A stretch of 64,000 nucleotides of DNA from assembly GCA_965223855.1 (NCBI GenBank), contig CBDCXM010000009.1, forward strand, positions 64,001-128,000. Reading direction: 5' to 3'. This DNA comes from Candidatus Multivoradales bacterium (lineage in GTDB: Bacteria; Acidobacteriota; Thermoanaerobaculia; Multivoradales; JAHEKO01). The notes below the pieces were generated by a model. The model did not search any database and was not told the origin of the DNA. It saw nothing but the letters and a program-made list of their open reading frames with translations. This document shows, one piece after another, positions 39,921 through 50,419 of this stretch. A program made the position numbers and the translations under genes. How positions within the stretch are numbered: position 1 is the stretch's first letter; each line of letters begins with the position of its first letter.

Positions 39921-41257
39921 CCGATCGCTGCCGCGAGGATGGCGGCGAGCCAGGCGGCCGCCAGGGTGCTCAGTAGGTTGACTCCCTCGTTGTCGAGGGC
40001 GCCGTGCCTCTCGAGTGTCCCACCGAGAAGGCTGTCGAGCCAAGCGCCGGCGATCCCGGCAACGGCCACGACCACGCCCTGACCAGGCCGCAGCAGCCCC
40101 CCGGAGACCGCCAGAGCGGCGATCGCGAGAGCTGCCAGACAGGTCACCAGCGATCCTGCAATCGACACCCCGCCATCGGTGCCCGGCTCGACCCTGGCGC
40201 CGTCAGGCAACCGACGGGTCACACCGGCGACGACGCGTCCGACCTCGCCGCCCAGGGTGTCGGCCGTCGCAGCCGCCAGCGCCGCGACACAGGCGAGCGT
40301 GCCCCAACTGCCCCGTCCGGCCGCAGCCACCACGCCGCAAGCGGCGGCGACCACTCCGTTGGCGATGACGTTGCGAACGCCGCGAGTCGAGGGCGCCGTC
40401 GCCGCACCTGCCCTCCCCTTTCGAGCACGCCTCCATCGGGTCGCGACGGTTCCGGTGACGACGAACGTCAGCAGCAGCCCGAAGCCGACCCAGCCCGTAC
40501 CGGCGGCGATGCCGGCGGCTACGACCGCTCCGAGGGCAGCGCCACCGAGGCTCAACGCGCCCGAAATGGCGGCTCCCACTGCACCGAGTCCTATCGCGAT
40601 AGCGAGACCGACCGTCAGCGAGCTCGCGAAAGCTCCCTCCGCCGGCCCGTCGAGAGCCATGAGGACCAGATAGAGAGCGACCGCACCGAGCACGGTGACG
40701 GAGACGTTGTCGTCCATCCGCCAGGGGAGCGACTCGAGGACGGCCGCCACGACGGCGACGGCCAGGAAGCCGGCTGCCAGACCCCCGGAAGGCTCGAGTA
40801 GAGGGTCGCTCCAACACACGAGGAGCCAGAGCACGGGCCAGCTCACGACGACGAAGGCGACCAGACCGACCCAGCTCTTCGATCGGTTCCAGGGCAGCGA
40901 CCGCCCGCCCCACCGGCGGCCGATCAGGGTCGCGGCGGCGTCGCCGAACGCCAGCAGCCCCCAGGCGCCGGCCAGCACCTCCGGTCGGCCGGGGGTGGCG
41001 ACGGCCACCACCAGCAGGGAGACCGGATAGAGGAGGATGCCGCCGCCGATCCCGACAGCCCACTCTCCGGGGCGCCAGAGCTCGCTGCCGAAGAGCCTCG
41101 GCAGCAGCCACAGGTTGAACAGCACCAGCGCCGCCGCCAGAGCGATCGACCCCGCGTAGCCGAGATCCCGAACGGCGAGCGCCAGCACGCCGGGGGCGAG
41201 GTGGAGCCACTTGCGCAGACGCTCCGACGGGGCCGCCGAGGCGTCCGCGGAGCTCAC
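39917..41257 (-). CDS. Membrane protein: phytol/dolichol kinase-like domain fused to DUF92 (TMEM19)
   Basis: ERLRKWLH, FGDAAATLIGRRWG...LPWNRSKSWVG, DDNV; then RNVIANG, ATADTLGGEVG, PGTDGGVS, DSLLGGT, NEGVN. Confidence 0.8.
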   Translation of the reverse strand: MSSADASAAPSERLRKWLHLAPGVLALAVRDLGYAGSIALAAALVLFNLWLLPRLFGSELWRPGEWAVGIGGGILLYPVSLLVVAVATPGRPEVLAGAWGLLAFGDAAATLIGRRWGGRSLPWNRSKSWVGLVAFVVVSWPVLWLLVCWSDPLLEPSGGLAAGFLAVAVVAAVLESLPWRMDDNVSVTVLGAVALYLVLMALDGPAEGAFASSLTVGLAIAIGLGAVGAAISGALSLGGAALGAVVAAGIAAGTGWVGFGLLLTFVVTGTVATRWRRARKGRAGAATAPSTRGVRNVIANGVVAAACGVVAAAGRGSWGTLACVAALAAATADTLGGEVGRVVAGVTRRLPDGARVEPGTDGGVSIAGSLVTCLAALAIAALAVSGGLLRPGQGVVVAVAGIAGAWLDSLLGGTLERHGALDNEGVNLLSTLAAAWLAAILAAAIG

Positions 41258-42171
41258 GCCGGCGCCTGGACCGAATCCCAGAGCTGAGTGAGCGCGTCGT
41301 CGACGCTCTCGCGCGGCTCCCATCCGAGAGCGCGGAGCTTCGTCGTATCGGCGCTCAGAAGCGGGATGTCCGTCGGACGCAGCCGTTCCGGATCGACCTT
41401 GATACGGGCACGGACTCCCGAGACGACGATCAGTTTGTGGAGCATCTGCTCGATCGAGTGCGCTTTGCCGCTACCGAGGTTGTAGGCCTCTCCGGCAACC
41501 CCCCGCTCGAGCAGCAGGCGGTAGCCACGCACGGCGTCACCGACGGCAGTGAAATCTCGTCGCGCATCGAGATTACCGACCTCGAGGACCGGCTCCTGCT
41601 CGCCGCGCCGGATGCTCGCGAGCTGACGCGCGAAGGTCGGCAGGGCGAAGTCGGCCGACTGGCCGGGACCGATGACGTTGAAGGAACGCACGATCACCGC
41701 TCCACGCCCGGCCGCCAGCCGCTCGGCGCTCGCCTTGGTGAGTGCGTAGGGGCTCGACGGCGCGAGGATCCGACTCTCGGGAATCGGTTGCTCACCCTCC
41801 GGCACCGCACCATAGACCTCGGCACTCGAGGCAAAGAGCACCTTCGCTCCGCCAGCTTCCTCCGCCGCCTCGAGCACGTTCTCGACGCCGACGACGTTGG
41901 TCTGGAAGTAGCCCGCGAGATCGCCCCACGACCGGCCGACGTGACTGCGCCCGGCGAGGTGGACGATCGCATGCGGACGGACCTCCTCGACGCACGCACG
42001 CACGGCGCCCCGATCGAGGATGTCGAGGGTGACGGCCTGGTAGCCCGACGCGGGCGCCGCCGCTCCCTTCCCGGCCAGGCGGCCGCCCCAGACCTCGTGC
42101 CCCGCCTCCACCAGCTTCGGGGCGAGGTTCGAGCCGATGAAGCCGTCGACCCCGGTGACGAGGACCCTCAT
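41254..42171 (-). CDS. GDP-sugar epimerase/reductase (Rmd/Gmd-like extended SDR)
   Basis: LVTGVDGFIG, SSAEVYG, PYALTK, VGNLDARRDF. Confidence 0.85.
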   Translation of the reverse strand: MRVLVTGVDGFIGSNLAPKLVEAGHEVWGGRLAGKGAAAPASGYQAVTLDILDRGAVRACVEEVRPHAIVHLAGRSHVGRSWGDLAGYFQTNVVGVENVLEAAEEAGGAKVLFASSAEVYGAVPEGEQPIPESRILAPSSPYALTKASAERLAAGRGAVIVRSFNVIGPGQSADFALPTFARQLASIRRGEQEPVLEVGNLDARRDFTAVGDAVRGYRLLLERGVAGEAYNLGSGKAHSIEQMLHKLIVVSGVRARIKVDPERLRPTDIPLLSADTTKLRALGWEPRESVDDALTQLWDSVQAPA

Positions 42172-42176
42172 CGCGG

Positions 42177-43148
42177 TCAGCTCGGATCGTCTGCGAGCTT
42201 CTCCCGCCAGTAGTCGAGGGTGTCGGAGAGCGTCTTGTCGAACGGGATCTGCGGCTCCCAGCCGGTCTCGTTGCTGAACTTCGAATGGTCGCCGAGCAGG
42301 ACCTCGACGTCCGACGGGCGGAGCCGATCGGGGTCGGTCTCGATCTCGACCTCGACGCCGCTGAGCTCGATCAACCGGTCGAGCAGCTCGCGAATGGTGA
42401 TCCCCGAGCCGCTGGCGAGGTTGTAGACCTCACCCGGCGTCGCCTTCGTCACCGCCAGCCAGTAGCCGCGAACCATGTCCCGGACGTCGGTGAAGTCGCG
42501 GATCGCGTCGAGGTTGCCGACGCGGATCTTCGGCTCGGTCAGGCCCGCCTCGATCGAAGCGACCTGCTTGGCGAAGTTCGAAGTGACGAACACCTCGCCA
42601 CGGCGCGGGCCGGTGTGGTTGAAGCCGCGGGTACGGATCGCCTTGAGGCCGTAGCTCTGGTGGTACTGATAGGCGAGGTAGTCCTGGGCGACCTTCGACA
42701 CCGCGTAGGGCGAGAGCGGCCGCAACGGATTCGTCTCCTTGATCGGCGTCTCGTCGGGCAGCACGAGCCCGTACTCCTCGCTCGAACAGGCGATCTGGAT
42801 CACCGGATCGATACCGAGCGCTCTGACCGCCTCGAAGATGTGCGTCTGGCCCTCGATGTTGGTCGACAACGTGTCGGCCGGTGATCGCCAGCTCGACGGA
42901 ACGAAGCTCTGTGCCGCAAGGTGGAAGATGTAGTCGGGCTCGACCTCGGCGATCGTCGAGTGAATCGAGGTGTAGTCCCTGAGATCGGCCTCGACCAGCC
43001 GGACCCGGTCCCCCAGGTGTTCGATGTTCTCGCGGCGACTGCGCCACCGGTAGGTGCCGAACACCTCGACGTCGGGATGGTCGGCCAGCAGATAGTCCGC
43101 CAGATGGGAGCCGGCAAAGCCGGTAATCCCGGTGATCAAAGCTCGCAT
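42177..43148 (-). CDS. GDP-mannose 4,6-dehydratase family protein
   Basis: ALITGITGFAGSHL, HLAAQSFV, SSEEYG, PYAVSK, FNHTGPRRG, RLRPSDV. Confidence 0.88.
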   Translation of the reverse strand: MRALITGITGFAGSHLADYLLADHPDVEVFGTYRWRSRRENIEHLGDRVRLVEADLRDYTSIHSTIAEVEPDYIFHLAAQSFVPSSWRSPADTLSTNIEGQTHIFEAVRALGIDPVIQIACSSEEYGLVLPDETPIKETNPLRPLSPYAVSKVAQDYLAYQYHQSYGLKAIRTRGFNHTGPRRGEVFVTSNFAKQVASIEAGLTEPKIRVGNLDAIRDFTDVRDMVRGYWLAVTKATPGEVYNLASGSGITIRELLDRLIELSGVEVEIETDPDRLRPSDVEVLLGDHSKFSNETGWEPQIPFDKTLSDTLDYWREKLADDPS

Positions 43149-43180
43149 AGTGGAAGGTCTCCTACTCGTCCCCGCCGGGA

Positions 43181-45400
43181 TCAGAAGTTGTCGTTCTCGC
43201 GGGTCGAGTCGTTGAGATCGAGGAAGTTGCCGATGTTCTTGAGTGCGATCGAGAACCGGATGTCACGGTCCTCGCGGAAGTTGTTCTTGGACTCTCGAAG
43301 GTCGAGCCGCATGCTCCAGCACTGGGTGTTGAAGGAAATCACGTGCGAGTGGTACTGCAGCTCACTGAGCTCGACGTCGTAGTTCACCGACGAGCCGAGG
43401 ATCAGACGTTGCCGAAAGAACCCGAACCCGGTGCCCAGCCTGAGGAAGCTCGTCTGGGTCTCGCCGGTCTGCGGGTCGAAGACGGTCGAGTAGTTGAGTG
43501 AGTACCTCGACGCTCCGACCTGCTTGGTTCCCGAGAGGCTGGCACGGTTGAACTGGTTGAAGAGCGTGTTGTAGGTCGACGACACGTCGAGGCTCGTCGT
43601 CTGGCTCGGCCGGTAGCGGAACTGCATGCCGATCGGGCTCTCCTGCTGCGTGAGCGTCTCCCGGTTGCCGTCGTCGTCGACGACGGTGAAGCGGGTGAGC
43701 GGCTGGTCGTCCTGGAAGCTGTAGGACTGCGACAGCTCGAGCGACATGATCTCTCGCGCTCCGAAGGGCGAGTCCTCGTCCTTCGGTTTCGCGAGCAGTC
43801 GGTTGACGAAGCGGAAGGTCGCGACCTCCCGGGCGGCGCCGACTCTGTCGAGCTGATCGAACTGCGGGATCAGCTCCTGGTTGTCGACCTCGCCCGCCGA
43901 GACATAGTCCCAACGAGGTTCGACGACGTGCTTGAACTTGCCCCACTGTCCGATTCCCTTGTGGAACACGCGCGAGACGGAGGGGCCGATGATGTTGGCC
44001 GAGAAGGTCGTCAGCGTCTGAGAGATCGACTCGCCGGTGAACGTCTGCGAGCCGCTGTCGTCGGGCTCGCTGAGGCTGTCGGTATAGGTCGCGTACCGGC
44101 TGCTGGCGTTGAGCGTGGCCGAGAGCCACGAGGTCCCGAACGGGACGGTCAACTTCGGCGAGATGTTGGCGCGCTGATAGCTGAACGCCTCGGTGTCCGA
44201 GTTCTCGAACTCGAAGTTGTGGCTGCCCGCCCCGACGGAGAAGTAGAGCGGCAGGCCGCCGATCTGGGTCGGGCGCAGCGCGTACTCGAGCTCGGGAAGC
44301 TGACGACGCGACCGGACGACGCCGGTCCCGGTGAGCTGCTCCTGCTGCTCGAACAGCAGCGACCCCGAGTGCTTGCCCCACGAGCCTTGGAGGAAGGCGC
44401 TCGAACGGATCTGGCTCACGCGGATCGAGTCGAAGTTCCGCGAGAAGTCGCGAAAGAAGTTGAAGTCCGAGAAGTCGGTGTGGTTGACGATCGCCGTCAG
44501 CCCCAGCGGGAGGTTGTCGCTGCGATGGCGCCAGTTGACCTTCCAGCGCAGCTCGCCGGCGGTTTCGGGATCGCCGTAGAGGTTGTTCTTGTCGTCGACG
44601 AACTGGGTCGAGAAGTACCCCTCGGTCCCGGCCAGCGGCTTGTAGCGGAACTCCAGGCCGTACGCATCGACGCCCTCGGAATAGGTGTCGAACTCGAAGG
44701 TGGCGTCGTAGCTGTCGCCCAGGGTCTGGAACCACGCGAGCCCGAGGACGCTGCCGCGGCGTTCGGAGTAGCCGATGTTCGGCATCAGAAAGCCGGAAGT
44801 GCGCTCGGTCTTGGCCGGCATCATCATGAACGGCGCGTAGAGGAACGGGAGCTTCTTGACCCGCATCCTCGTGTTGTAGATCTTGGCGAACCCCTCCATG
44901 ACGATGCGGGCTCGCGAGAGGCGGAAGCTCCAGGCCGGATTCTCGCTCTCGCACGAGGTGAGGATGCCGTCGCGCACCGTGTAGACGTCGGGTCCGACCT
45001 TGCTCATCTCGGCGCCCGAAAAGTAGAGGTCGCGGCCGAGCGACGCCCGGGCGTTGTAGACCGTGCCGGTGCGCGATCCGAGGTCGTACTCGAGCCGCTC
45101 GCCCGCCATGCGCTGCGGGCCCTCGTCGAGGATGACGTTCCCTTCGGCCAGCACCGTCTGATTCGTCAGGTCCATCTCGAGGCGCTGGGCCTGGATGCGC
45201 TGCCCGCCGTACTTCACGTCGACGCCGCCCGAGGCGACGATGAAGTCGGGACGCAGGTACTCCATCCGCCCGGCCAGTCCGATGGCGGTACCTCCTCCGT
45301 CTTCGACGGCGACCGGCAGACTGAAGCTCAGCCGCTGGAACTGCGGCATCTCGGAGTAGATCTGGGCCGACAGGATGAGGGCGAGGATCGTTCCGCTCAA
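43181..45400 (-). CDS. lptD: LPS-assembly outer-membrane protein LptD
   Basis: OstA-like N-terminus, LTSCESENPAWSF, RTSGFLMPNIGYS, KHVVEPR, beta-barrel C-terminus. Confidence 0.85.
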   Translation of the reverse strand: MSGTILALILSAQIYSEMPQFQRLSFSLPVAVEDGGGTAIGLAGRMEYLRPDFIVASGGVDVKYGGQRIQAQRLEMDLTNQTVLAEGNVILDEGPQRMAGERLEYDLGSRTGTVYNARASLGRDLYFSGAEMSKVGPDVYTVRDGILTSCESENPAWSFRLSRARIVMEGFAKIYNTRMRVKKLPFLYAPFMMMPAKTERTSGFLMPNIGYSERRGSVLGLAWFQTLGDSYDATFEFDTYSEGVDAYGLEFRYKPLAGTEGYFSTQFVDDKNNLYGDPETAGELRWKVNWRHRSDNLPLGLTAIVNHTDFSDFNFFRDFSRNFDSIRVSQIRSSAFLQGSWGKHSGSLLFEQQEQLTGTGVVRSRRQLPELEYALRPTQIGGLPLYFSVGAGSHNFEFENSDTEAFSYQRANISPKLTVPFGTSWLSATLNASSRYATYTDSLSEPDDSGSQTFTGESISQTLTTFSANIIGPSVSRVFHKGIGQWGKFKHVVEPRWDYVSAGEVDNQELIPQFDQLDRVGAAREVATFRFVNRLLAKPKDEDSPFGAREIMSLELSQSYSFQDDQPLTRFTVVDDDGNRETLTQQESPIGMQFRYRPSQTTSLDVSSTYNTLFNQFNRASLSGTKQVGASRYSLNYSTVFDPQTGETQTSFLRLGTGFGFFRQRLILGSSVNYDVELSELQYHSHVISFNTQCWSMRLDLRESKNNFREDRDIRFSIALKNIGNFLDLNDSTRENDNF

Positions 45401-46582
45401 GCGGGGTCCCTCTCGACCACCACCGCGGTCGCCTCACCACCCCCGATGCAGATCGTCGCGCAGCCGCGACGCGCCCCCTGCTCTTCCATCGCATGCAGCA
45501 GCGTCACGAGGATGCGAGCCCCCGAGCAGCCGATCGGATGCCCGAGCGCCACGGCGCCGCCGCGCACGTTGACCCGCCCGGCGTCGAGCTTCATCTCTTC
45601 GATGAAGGCCATCGCGACCACCGCGAACGCCTCGTTGACCTCCCACAGGTCGATGTCCGAAGCCTCGAGGCCGGCTCGGTCGAGCACCCTTCGCGTCGCC
45701 GAGATCGGTGCGGTGGTGAACCACTCGGGCTCCTGCGCCGCCGACGCCTGGGCGACGAGCCGCGCCAGCGGCTTCGCCCCGAGCTTCTCGGCAGCCTGCG
45801 GCGTTCCCAGCACGAGGGCGGCCGCGCCGTCGTTGATCTTGCTGGCGTTGGCCGCCGTCACGGTGCCGTCCTCTCTGGAAAGCGGGCCGCAACTGGGTCA
45901 TCTTCTCGAAGTTGGCGCGCGCCGGCTCGTCGTCGAGCTCGACGACGAGCGGATCGCCCTTGCGCTGGGGCACGCTGACCGGGACGATCTCGGAGGCGAA
46001 CGCGCCTCGGGCGACCGCCGCCTGCGCCCGCTCGTAGCTCTCACGCGCATAGCCGTCCTGCGCTTCGCGGCTGAACTCGTAGCGGGCGGCGCAGGTCTCG
46101 GCGCAGTTGCCCATGTGCTTGTCGTCGTAGGGATCCCACAGGCCGTCGTGGATCATCGAGTCGATCAGCCTGCCGTGACCCAGTCGCAGGCCGTCTCGAG
46201 CGCCCGTCGCGAGATACGGCGCCTGGCTCATGCTCTCCATCCCACCCGCGGCGACCAGCGAGAAATCGCCGCAGCGCAGGTCGTTCGCGGCGGTCATCAC
46301 CGCCCTCATCGCCGAACCGCACACCTTGCCGACCGTGACCGCCCCGGTCGACTCCGGGCAGCCGGCGGCGAGGGTCGCCTGTCGCGCCGGTGCCTGGCCG
46401 ACACCCGCCGTCAGCACCGAGCCCAGGTAGACCTGCTCGATGGCGTCGGGCGCGGCTCCGGCGCGCTCGAACGCTCCAGCGAGCGCTCGGGCACCGAGAA
46501 CCGGCGAGGCAAGCGAAGCGAGGCTGCCTTGGAAGGCACCGATCGGCGTCCTCGCAGCACTCAGAATCAGGACGTCATTCAT
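45397..46582 (-). CDS. Acetyl-CoA C-acetyltransferase (thiolase); frameshift near 45875
   Basis: SAARTPIGAF, GQAPARQA, KVCGS, GGMESMSQAPY in one frame; TAANASKINDGAAA, NEAFA, GHPIGCSGAR, ICIGGG in the next. Confidence 0.9.
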
Positions 46583-46661
46583 CAGTTTGCTAAGGTCGTC
46601 GCGCTGGGAGGGCACCGTTGGCGGGCCGTCACGGCCGACCGGATGGTAGCACAGCGATCAC

Positions 46662-47096
46662 ATGCGTTTTCTGGCCGTTGACCTCGGCGAAAAGCGGGTC
46701 GGGACGGCGATTTCGGACGCCGACGGCACCCTTGCGATGCCCTATCGGACACTCCTGAGAACGCGCGATCGCGCGCTCATCGCCGAGCTGCGCGAGATCG
46801 TGCGAAGCGAGGAAGTCGAGCGCCTCGTCGTCGGCGAACCGCGCCTTCTCGACGGCACGCGAGGGGAGGCGGCAAGACGAGCCGCAGCGCTTGCCGATCG
46901 GCTCGGCAAGGCCTGCGGGATCCCGGTCGAACTCGTCGACGAGGCGTTGACGTCGGTCGCCGCCGTGGAGCGGCTGCAGGCGGCGGGTGTCGACGTGCGC
47001 CGTCATCCCGAGCGAATCGACCAGGTGGCGGCGCAGATCATCCTCGAAGACGCCCTCGACCGCCGGGCGCGCGACGGCTCGGAGTCGGAGCGTTGA
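46662..47096 (+). CDS. ruvX: Holliday junction resolvase-like RuvX/YqgF
   Basis: LAVDLGEKRVGTAISD, VVGEP, VDEALTS, IDQVAAQIILE. Confidence 0.92.
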   Translation: MRFLAVDLGEKRVGTAISDADGTLAMPYRTLLRTRDRALIAELREIVRSEEVERLVVGEPRLLDGTRGEAARRAAALADRLGKACGIPVELVDEALTSVAAVERLQAAGVDVRRHPERIDQVAAQIILEDALDRRARDGSESER

Positions 47097-48136
47097 AGAA
47101 GGCTCTCCTCCTGCTGGCGCTGACGACACTTCTGGGTGCCGCCGCTGCCGCCTACTGGGCGTGGCAGAGGCTGCAGGCACCGTTCGGAGAGGTCGGCGAG
47201 GTCGAGATCGAGGTACCGGCGGGTCAGAGCGGCGCCACGATCCTGCGGCGACTGCAGGAGGCCGGAGTCGTCTGGAACGCCGAGCTCGCCCGGCTCTATC
47301 TCGTCTACCGGCTCGGGGATCCGGCGCTCAAGGCCGGCAAGTACCGGATTCCGACGCCTGCGCGGCTCGACGACGTGATCGAGAAGCTCGAGCGCGGCGA
47401 GGTCGTACTGGAGACCGTCACCGTGATCGAAGGGCTGACGGCCGAGGAAACCGCCGAGCGGCTGGCCGCCAGAGGGTTCGGAGACCGCGACCTGCTGGTG
47501 GCCGAGATGCGCTCTCCCGATCGCATTGCCGACCTCGATCCCGAAGCGACCGACCTCGAGGGGTACCTGCTTCCCGAGACCTACAGCTTTCCGGCCGACG
47601 TGACCGAGGCGGAGATCGTCGATGCCATGGTCGCCGGGTTCCGCCGCCAGTGGGAGCGACAGAAGGACACTCTCGCGATCGGCATCCGGGAGTGGGTGAC
47701 CCTCGCCTCGATCGTCGAGAAGGAAGCGCAGCTCGACGAGGAGCGACCGATCATCGCCGGGGTCTACCGCAACCGGCTCGATCGCGGGATCGCGCTCTAC
47801 GCCGATCCGACGATCATCTTCGCCCTCAAGAGGCTCGGCCGCTGGGACGGCAACCTGAGGCGGCGCGACCTCACGATGGACGATCCCTACAACACCTACA
47901 AGTACGGGGGCCTCCCACCGGGGCCGATCTGCTCACCCGGCGCCGCCAGTCTCGCCGCCGCGCGCGCACCGGCCGAGGTTCCCTACCTCTACTTCGTCAG
48001 CCGCAACGACGGCTCCCACGTGTTCGCGGAGACCCTTCGGGAGCACAACCGCAACGTCGACGAGTGGCAGCGGCGCTACTGGCGGGAGCGCCGGCAGCGG
48101 GAGCAGGAAGCCGCCGAGAGTACCGGCGGCGGATAG
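47093..48136 (+). CDS. mltG: Endolytic transglycosylase MltG
   Basis: LEGYLLPETY, LASIVEKEA, PYNTYKYGGLPPGPICSPG. Confidence 0.95.
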   Translation: MKKALLLLALTTLLGAAAAAYWAWQRLQAPFGEVGEVEIEVPAGQSGATILRRLQEAGVVWNAELARLYLVYRLGDPALKAGKYRIPTPARLDDVIEKLERGEVVLETVTVIEGLTAEETAERLAARGFGDRDLLVAEMRSPDRIADLDPEATDLEGYLLPETYSFPADVTEAEIVDAMVAGFRRQWERQKDTLAIGIREWVTLASIVEKEAQLDEERPIIAGVYRNRLDRGIALYADPTIIFALKRLGRWDGNLRRRDLTMDDPYNTYKYGGLPPGPICSPGAASLAAARAPAEVPYLYFVSRNDGSHVFAETLREHNRNVDEWQRRYWRERRQREQEAAESTGGG

Positions 48137-48267
48137 TGCCCCTACCATGAAGCCATGGGTTGGCGCCAGAATATGGTACACTCTCTGCCACAATTTCGGC
48201 GGATGTACCGGTCGGCTGATTTCGGCCCGGCCGTGATGGCGAGCCCACCAAGAGAGAGGCCAAGGCA

Positions 48268-50388
48268 ATGACGACACCGCAACAGTTCGGCGAGTACCTC
48301 CTGTTCCGTCGCCTGACGACGGACGCGATGGGCGAGACCTATCGAGCGGGCAAGATCGGCAGTCAGGGGATCGAGAGAGTCGTCCTTCTCCGGCTGTTCA
48401 ACGGGCCGTCGATTCAGGCGGAGACGCTATGGCGCAGCATCGCCGATCGCATGGGCCTCCAGCGGATTCTGCAGAACCCGCACATCGGCGACTGCACGGA
48501 TATCGGCCGAGTGGGCAACGTGCCGTTCGTCGCCTACGAGTACGTGTCGGGCAAGAGCCTCGCCGAGCTTCTCGAGCAGGCCCGTTCGCGCGTCTTCCAG
48601 ATTCCGACCGAGCACGCGCTCTTCATCGTCGAGCGCCTGACCTTCGGCCTGACCGCCGCCTACTCGACCCGGCTGCGCGAGGAGCGGATTCAGCACGGCT
48701 TCCTCGTGCCCGAGAACGTCCTGCTGTCGAACGAGGGCGAAGTGCGGCTCATCGGCTTCGAGTCGGGTGCCGGGCAGCGCGAGTTCCTCACCGGAGCGCC
48801 GATGCGCGAAGCGTTCGGCCCCTACGTCGCGCCCGAGGTCGGTCCGGGAAGTCCGCGCCGCCCCACCGACGACGTCTTCGCCCTCGGTTCGCTCCTCTAC
48901 GAGCTACTCACCGGCAAGCGGCTGGAGCACCCGGCCGATGGGAACTTCGACCCGTTGGTCGACGAAGCGACGCTGGCCGCCGAGGAGAAGCCCCTGCCGC
49001 CGGCGCTGAGAGCGCTCCTCAAGAGCAGTCTCGCCGCGGTCGGGCAGCGGATCGGCGACATCCAGCAGTGGCAGCAGGCCTTCAGCCGCTTCATCTCCGA
49101 AGCGGAGTACAGCCCGACGACCTTCAACCTCGCGTTCTTCATGCACACGCTGTTCGGCGGCGAGATCGAGCAGGAGAGCGTCGACATCGAGCGCGAGAAG
49201 GCGACCCAGGTCGACGTCACGGCGCTGGCGCAGACCACCATCAGCGAGCCCCCTCCGGGCCCGTCCGATACGGTCCTGATCCCGCCCGAGAGCAAGGCGG
49301 CGGAGACCGTCATCTCGCCACCGCCGGCGGCCCCGCAGGGTGGGTCCGGCCAGTACGGCGGAAGCCCGCGAAAGCCGACCAACTGGAAGCTCTTCGCCCC
49401 CTTCGCCCTGCTGGCCGTCCTCGGCGGTCTGGCCGTGGCCTACTACTTCTCCGGTGGCCTCGGCGGCGACGCGACACAGAACGCCTCGATGCCCGCTTCC
49501 ACCGAGGACGGGACCGACCTCGCTGCCGGCACTTCTCCCCTGTTGCCTCCCGCCGAGGGTGAGACCTCGGATGGCGAGGCACTGACTCTGGACCCGCCCG
49601 CCGACGACACCGCTGCGGCGGCGGCCGGCGGCGACGCGGTCCCCTCGCCCACTGAAGTGCAGGCGAGTCAGGGGCCGAGCGACGCGATCGACGTCGCATC
49701 GGTAGCCGCCCCGCCGACGCCCGAGGAGGTCGAGCGTCAGATTCGCGATCTCGTCGCTCGCGAGATGGAAGGCGAGATGCAGGCGAAGTACGAGGAAGAG
49801 CTCGAGCTCCTGCGGGCACAGCTGGAAGAGGCGCGAATCGCCCAGGAAGAGCAGGCTGCCGAGGCGGCCCGAGTCGCTCAGCAGGCCGCCGCGCAACCAC
49901 CGGCGCGCGAGAGCTCGACGCCCGAAGCCGCCACCGAGACCCAGGCCCCGGCTCAGCAGCGGGCCGCCGCCGCGGGCACGGAAGCTCAAGCCTCGACCAC
50001 CGACGCGGCCGCCTCGACGCAGGCCGCCCAGCAGGAGGCCGAACCGGCCGTCAGCGAGCCCGAGCCGGCGCCCCAGAAGCCGGCACAGCTCGGGGATCTG
50101 GTGGAGCCTGGAGTCGGTGTCACGCCGCCGCAGATCCAGCAGCGGCCGAGCCCGCGATACCCGCCCGGCGCGCAGCGCCTCGGCAAGTCGGCGACCATCA
50201 AGCTCCGTATCCTCGTCGACGAGAACGGTCGTGTGGCCGACGTCCAGCCGGACGGAGAGCCGGCGGGTTTCGGTTTCGACGAGGCCGCCGAGGCGGCCGC
50301 ACGCCGGACCCGCTGGAGCGCAGCTCAGAAGGACGGTGTCCGGGTCAGGATGTGGGTCGATCTGACGATCGCTTTCCGGCCGCAGTAG
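48268..50388 (+). CDS. Ser/Thr kinase-like (pseudokinase) domain - TM - coiled coil - TonB C-terminal domain
   Basis: Kinase fold (HGFLVPENVLLSNEGEVRLIGF, YVAPE, DDVFALG); one TM; C-terminal PRYP...ILVDENGRV...FRP. Confidence 0.8.
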   Translation: MTTPQQFGEYLLFRRLTTDAMGETYRAGKIGSQGIERVVLLRLFNGPSIQAETLWRSIADRMGLQRILQNPHIGDCTDIGRVGNVPFVAYEYVSGKSLAELLEQARSRVFQIPTEHALFIVERLTFGLTAAYSTRLREERIQHGFLVPENVLLSNEGEVRLIGFESGAGQREFLTGAPMREAFGPYVAPEVGPGSPRRPTDDVFALGSLLYELLTGKRLEHPADGNFDPLVDEATLAAEEKPLPPALRALLKSSLAAVGQRIGDIQQWQQAFSRFISEAEYSPTTFNLAFFMHTLFGGEIEQESVDIEREKATQVDVTALAQTTISEPPPGPSDTVLIPPESKAAETVISPPPAAPQGGSGQYGGSPRKPTNWKLFAPFALLAVLGGLAVAYYFSGGLGGDATQNASMPASTEDGTDLAAGTSPLLPPAEGETSDGEALTLDPPADDTAAAAAGGDAVPSPTEVQASQGPSDAIDVASVAAPPTPEEVERQIRDLVAREMEGEMQAKYEEELELLRAQLEEARIAQEEQAAEAARVAQQAAAQPPARESSTPEAATETQAPAQQRAAAAGTEAQASTTDAAASTQAAQQEAEPAVSEPEPAPQKPAQLGDLVEPGVGVTPPQIQQRPSPRYPPGAQRLGKSATIKLRILVDENGRVADVQPDGEPAGFGFDEAAEAAARRTRWSAAQKDGVRVRMWVDLTIAFRPQ

Positions 50389-50419
50389 TCACCGCGGCGG
50401 TCGTCACCCCGGCTTTGCT

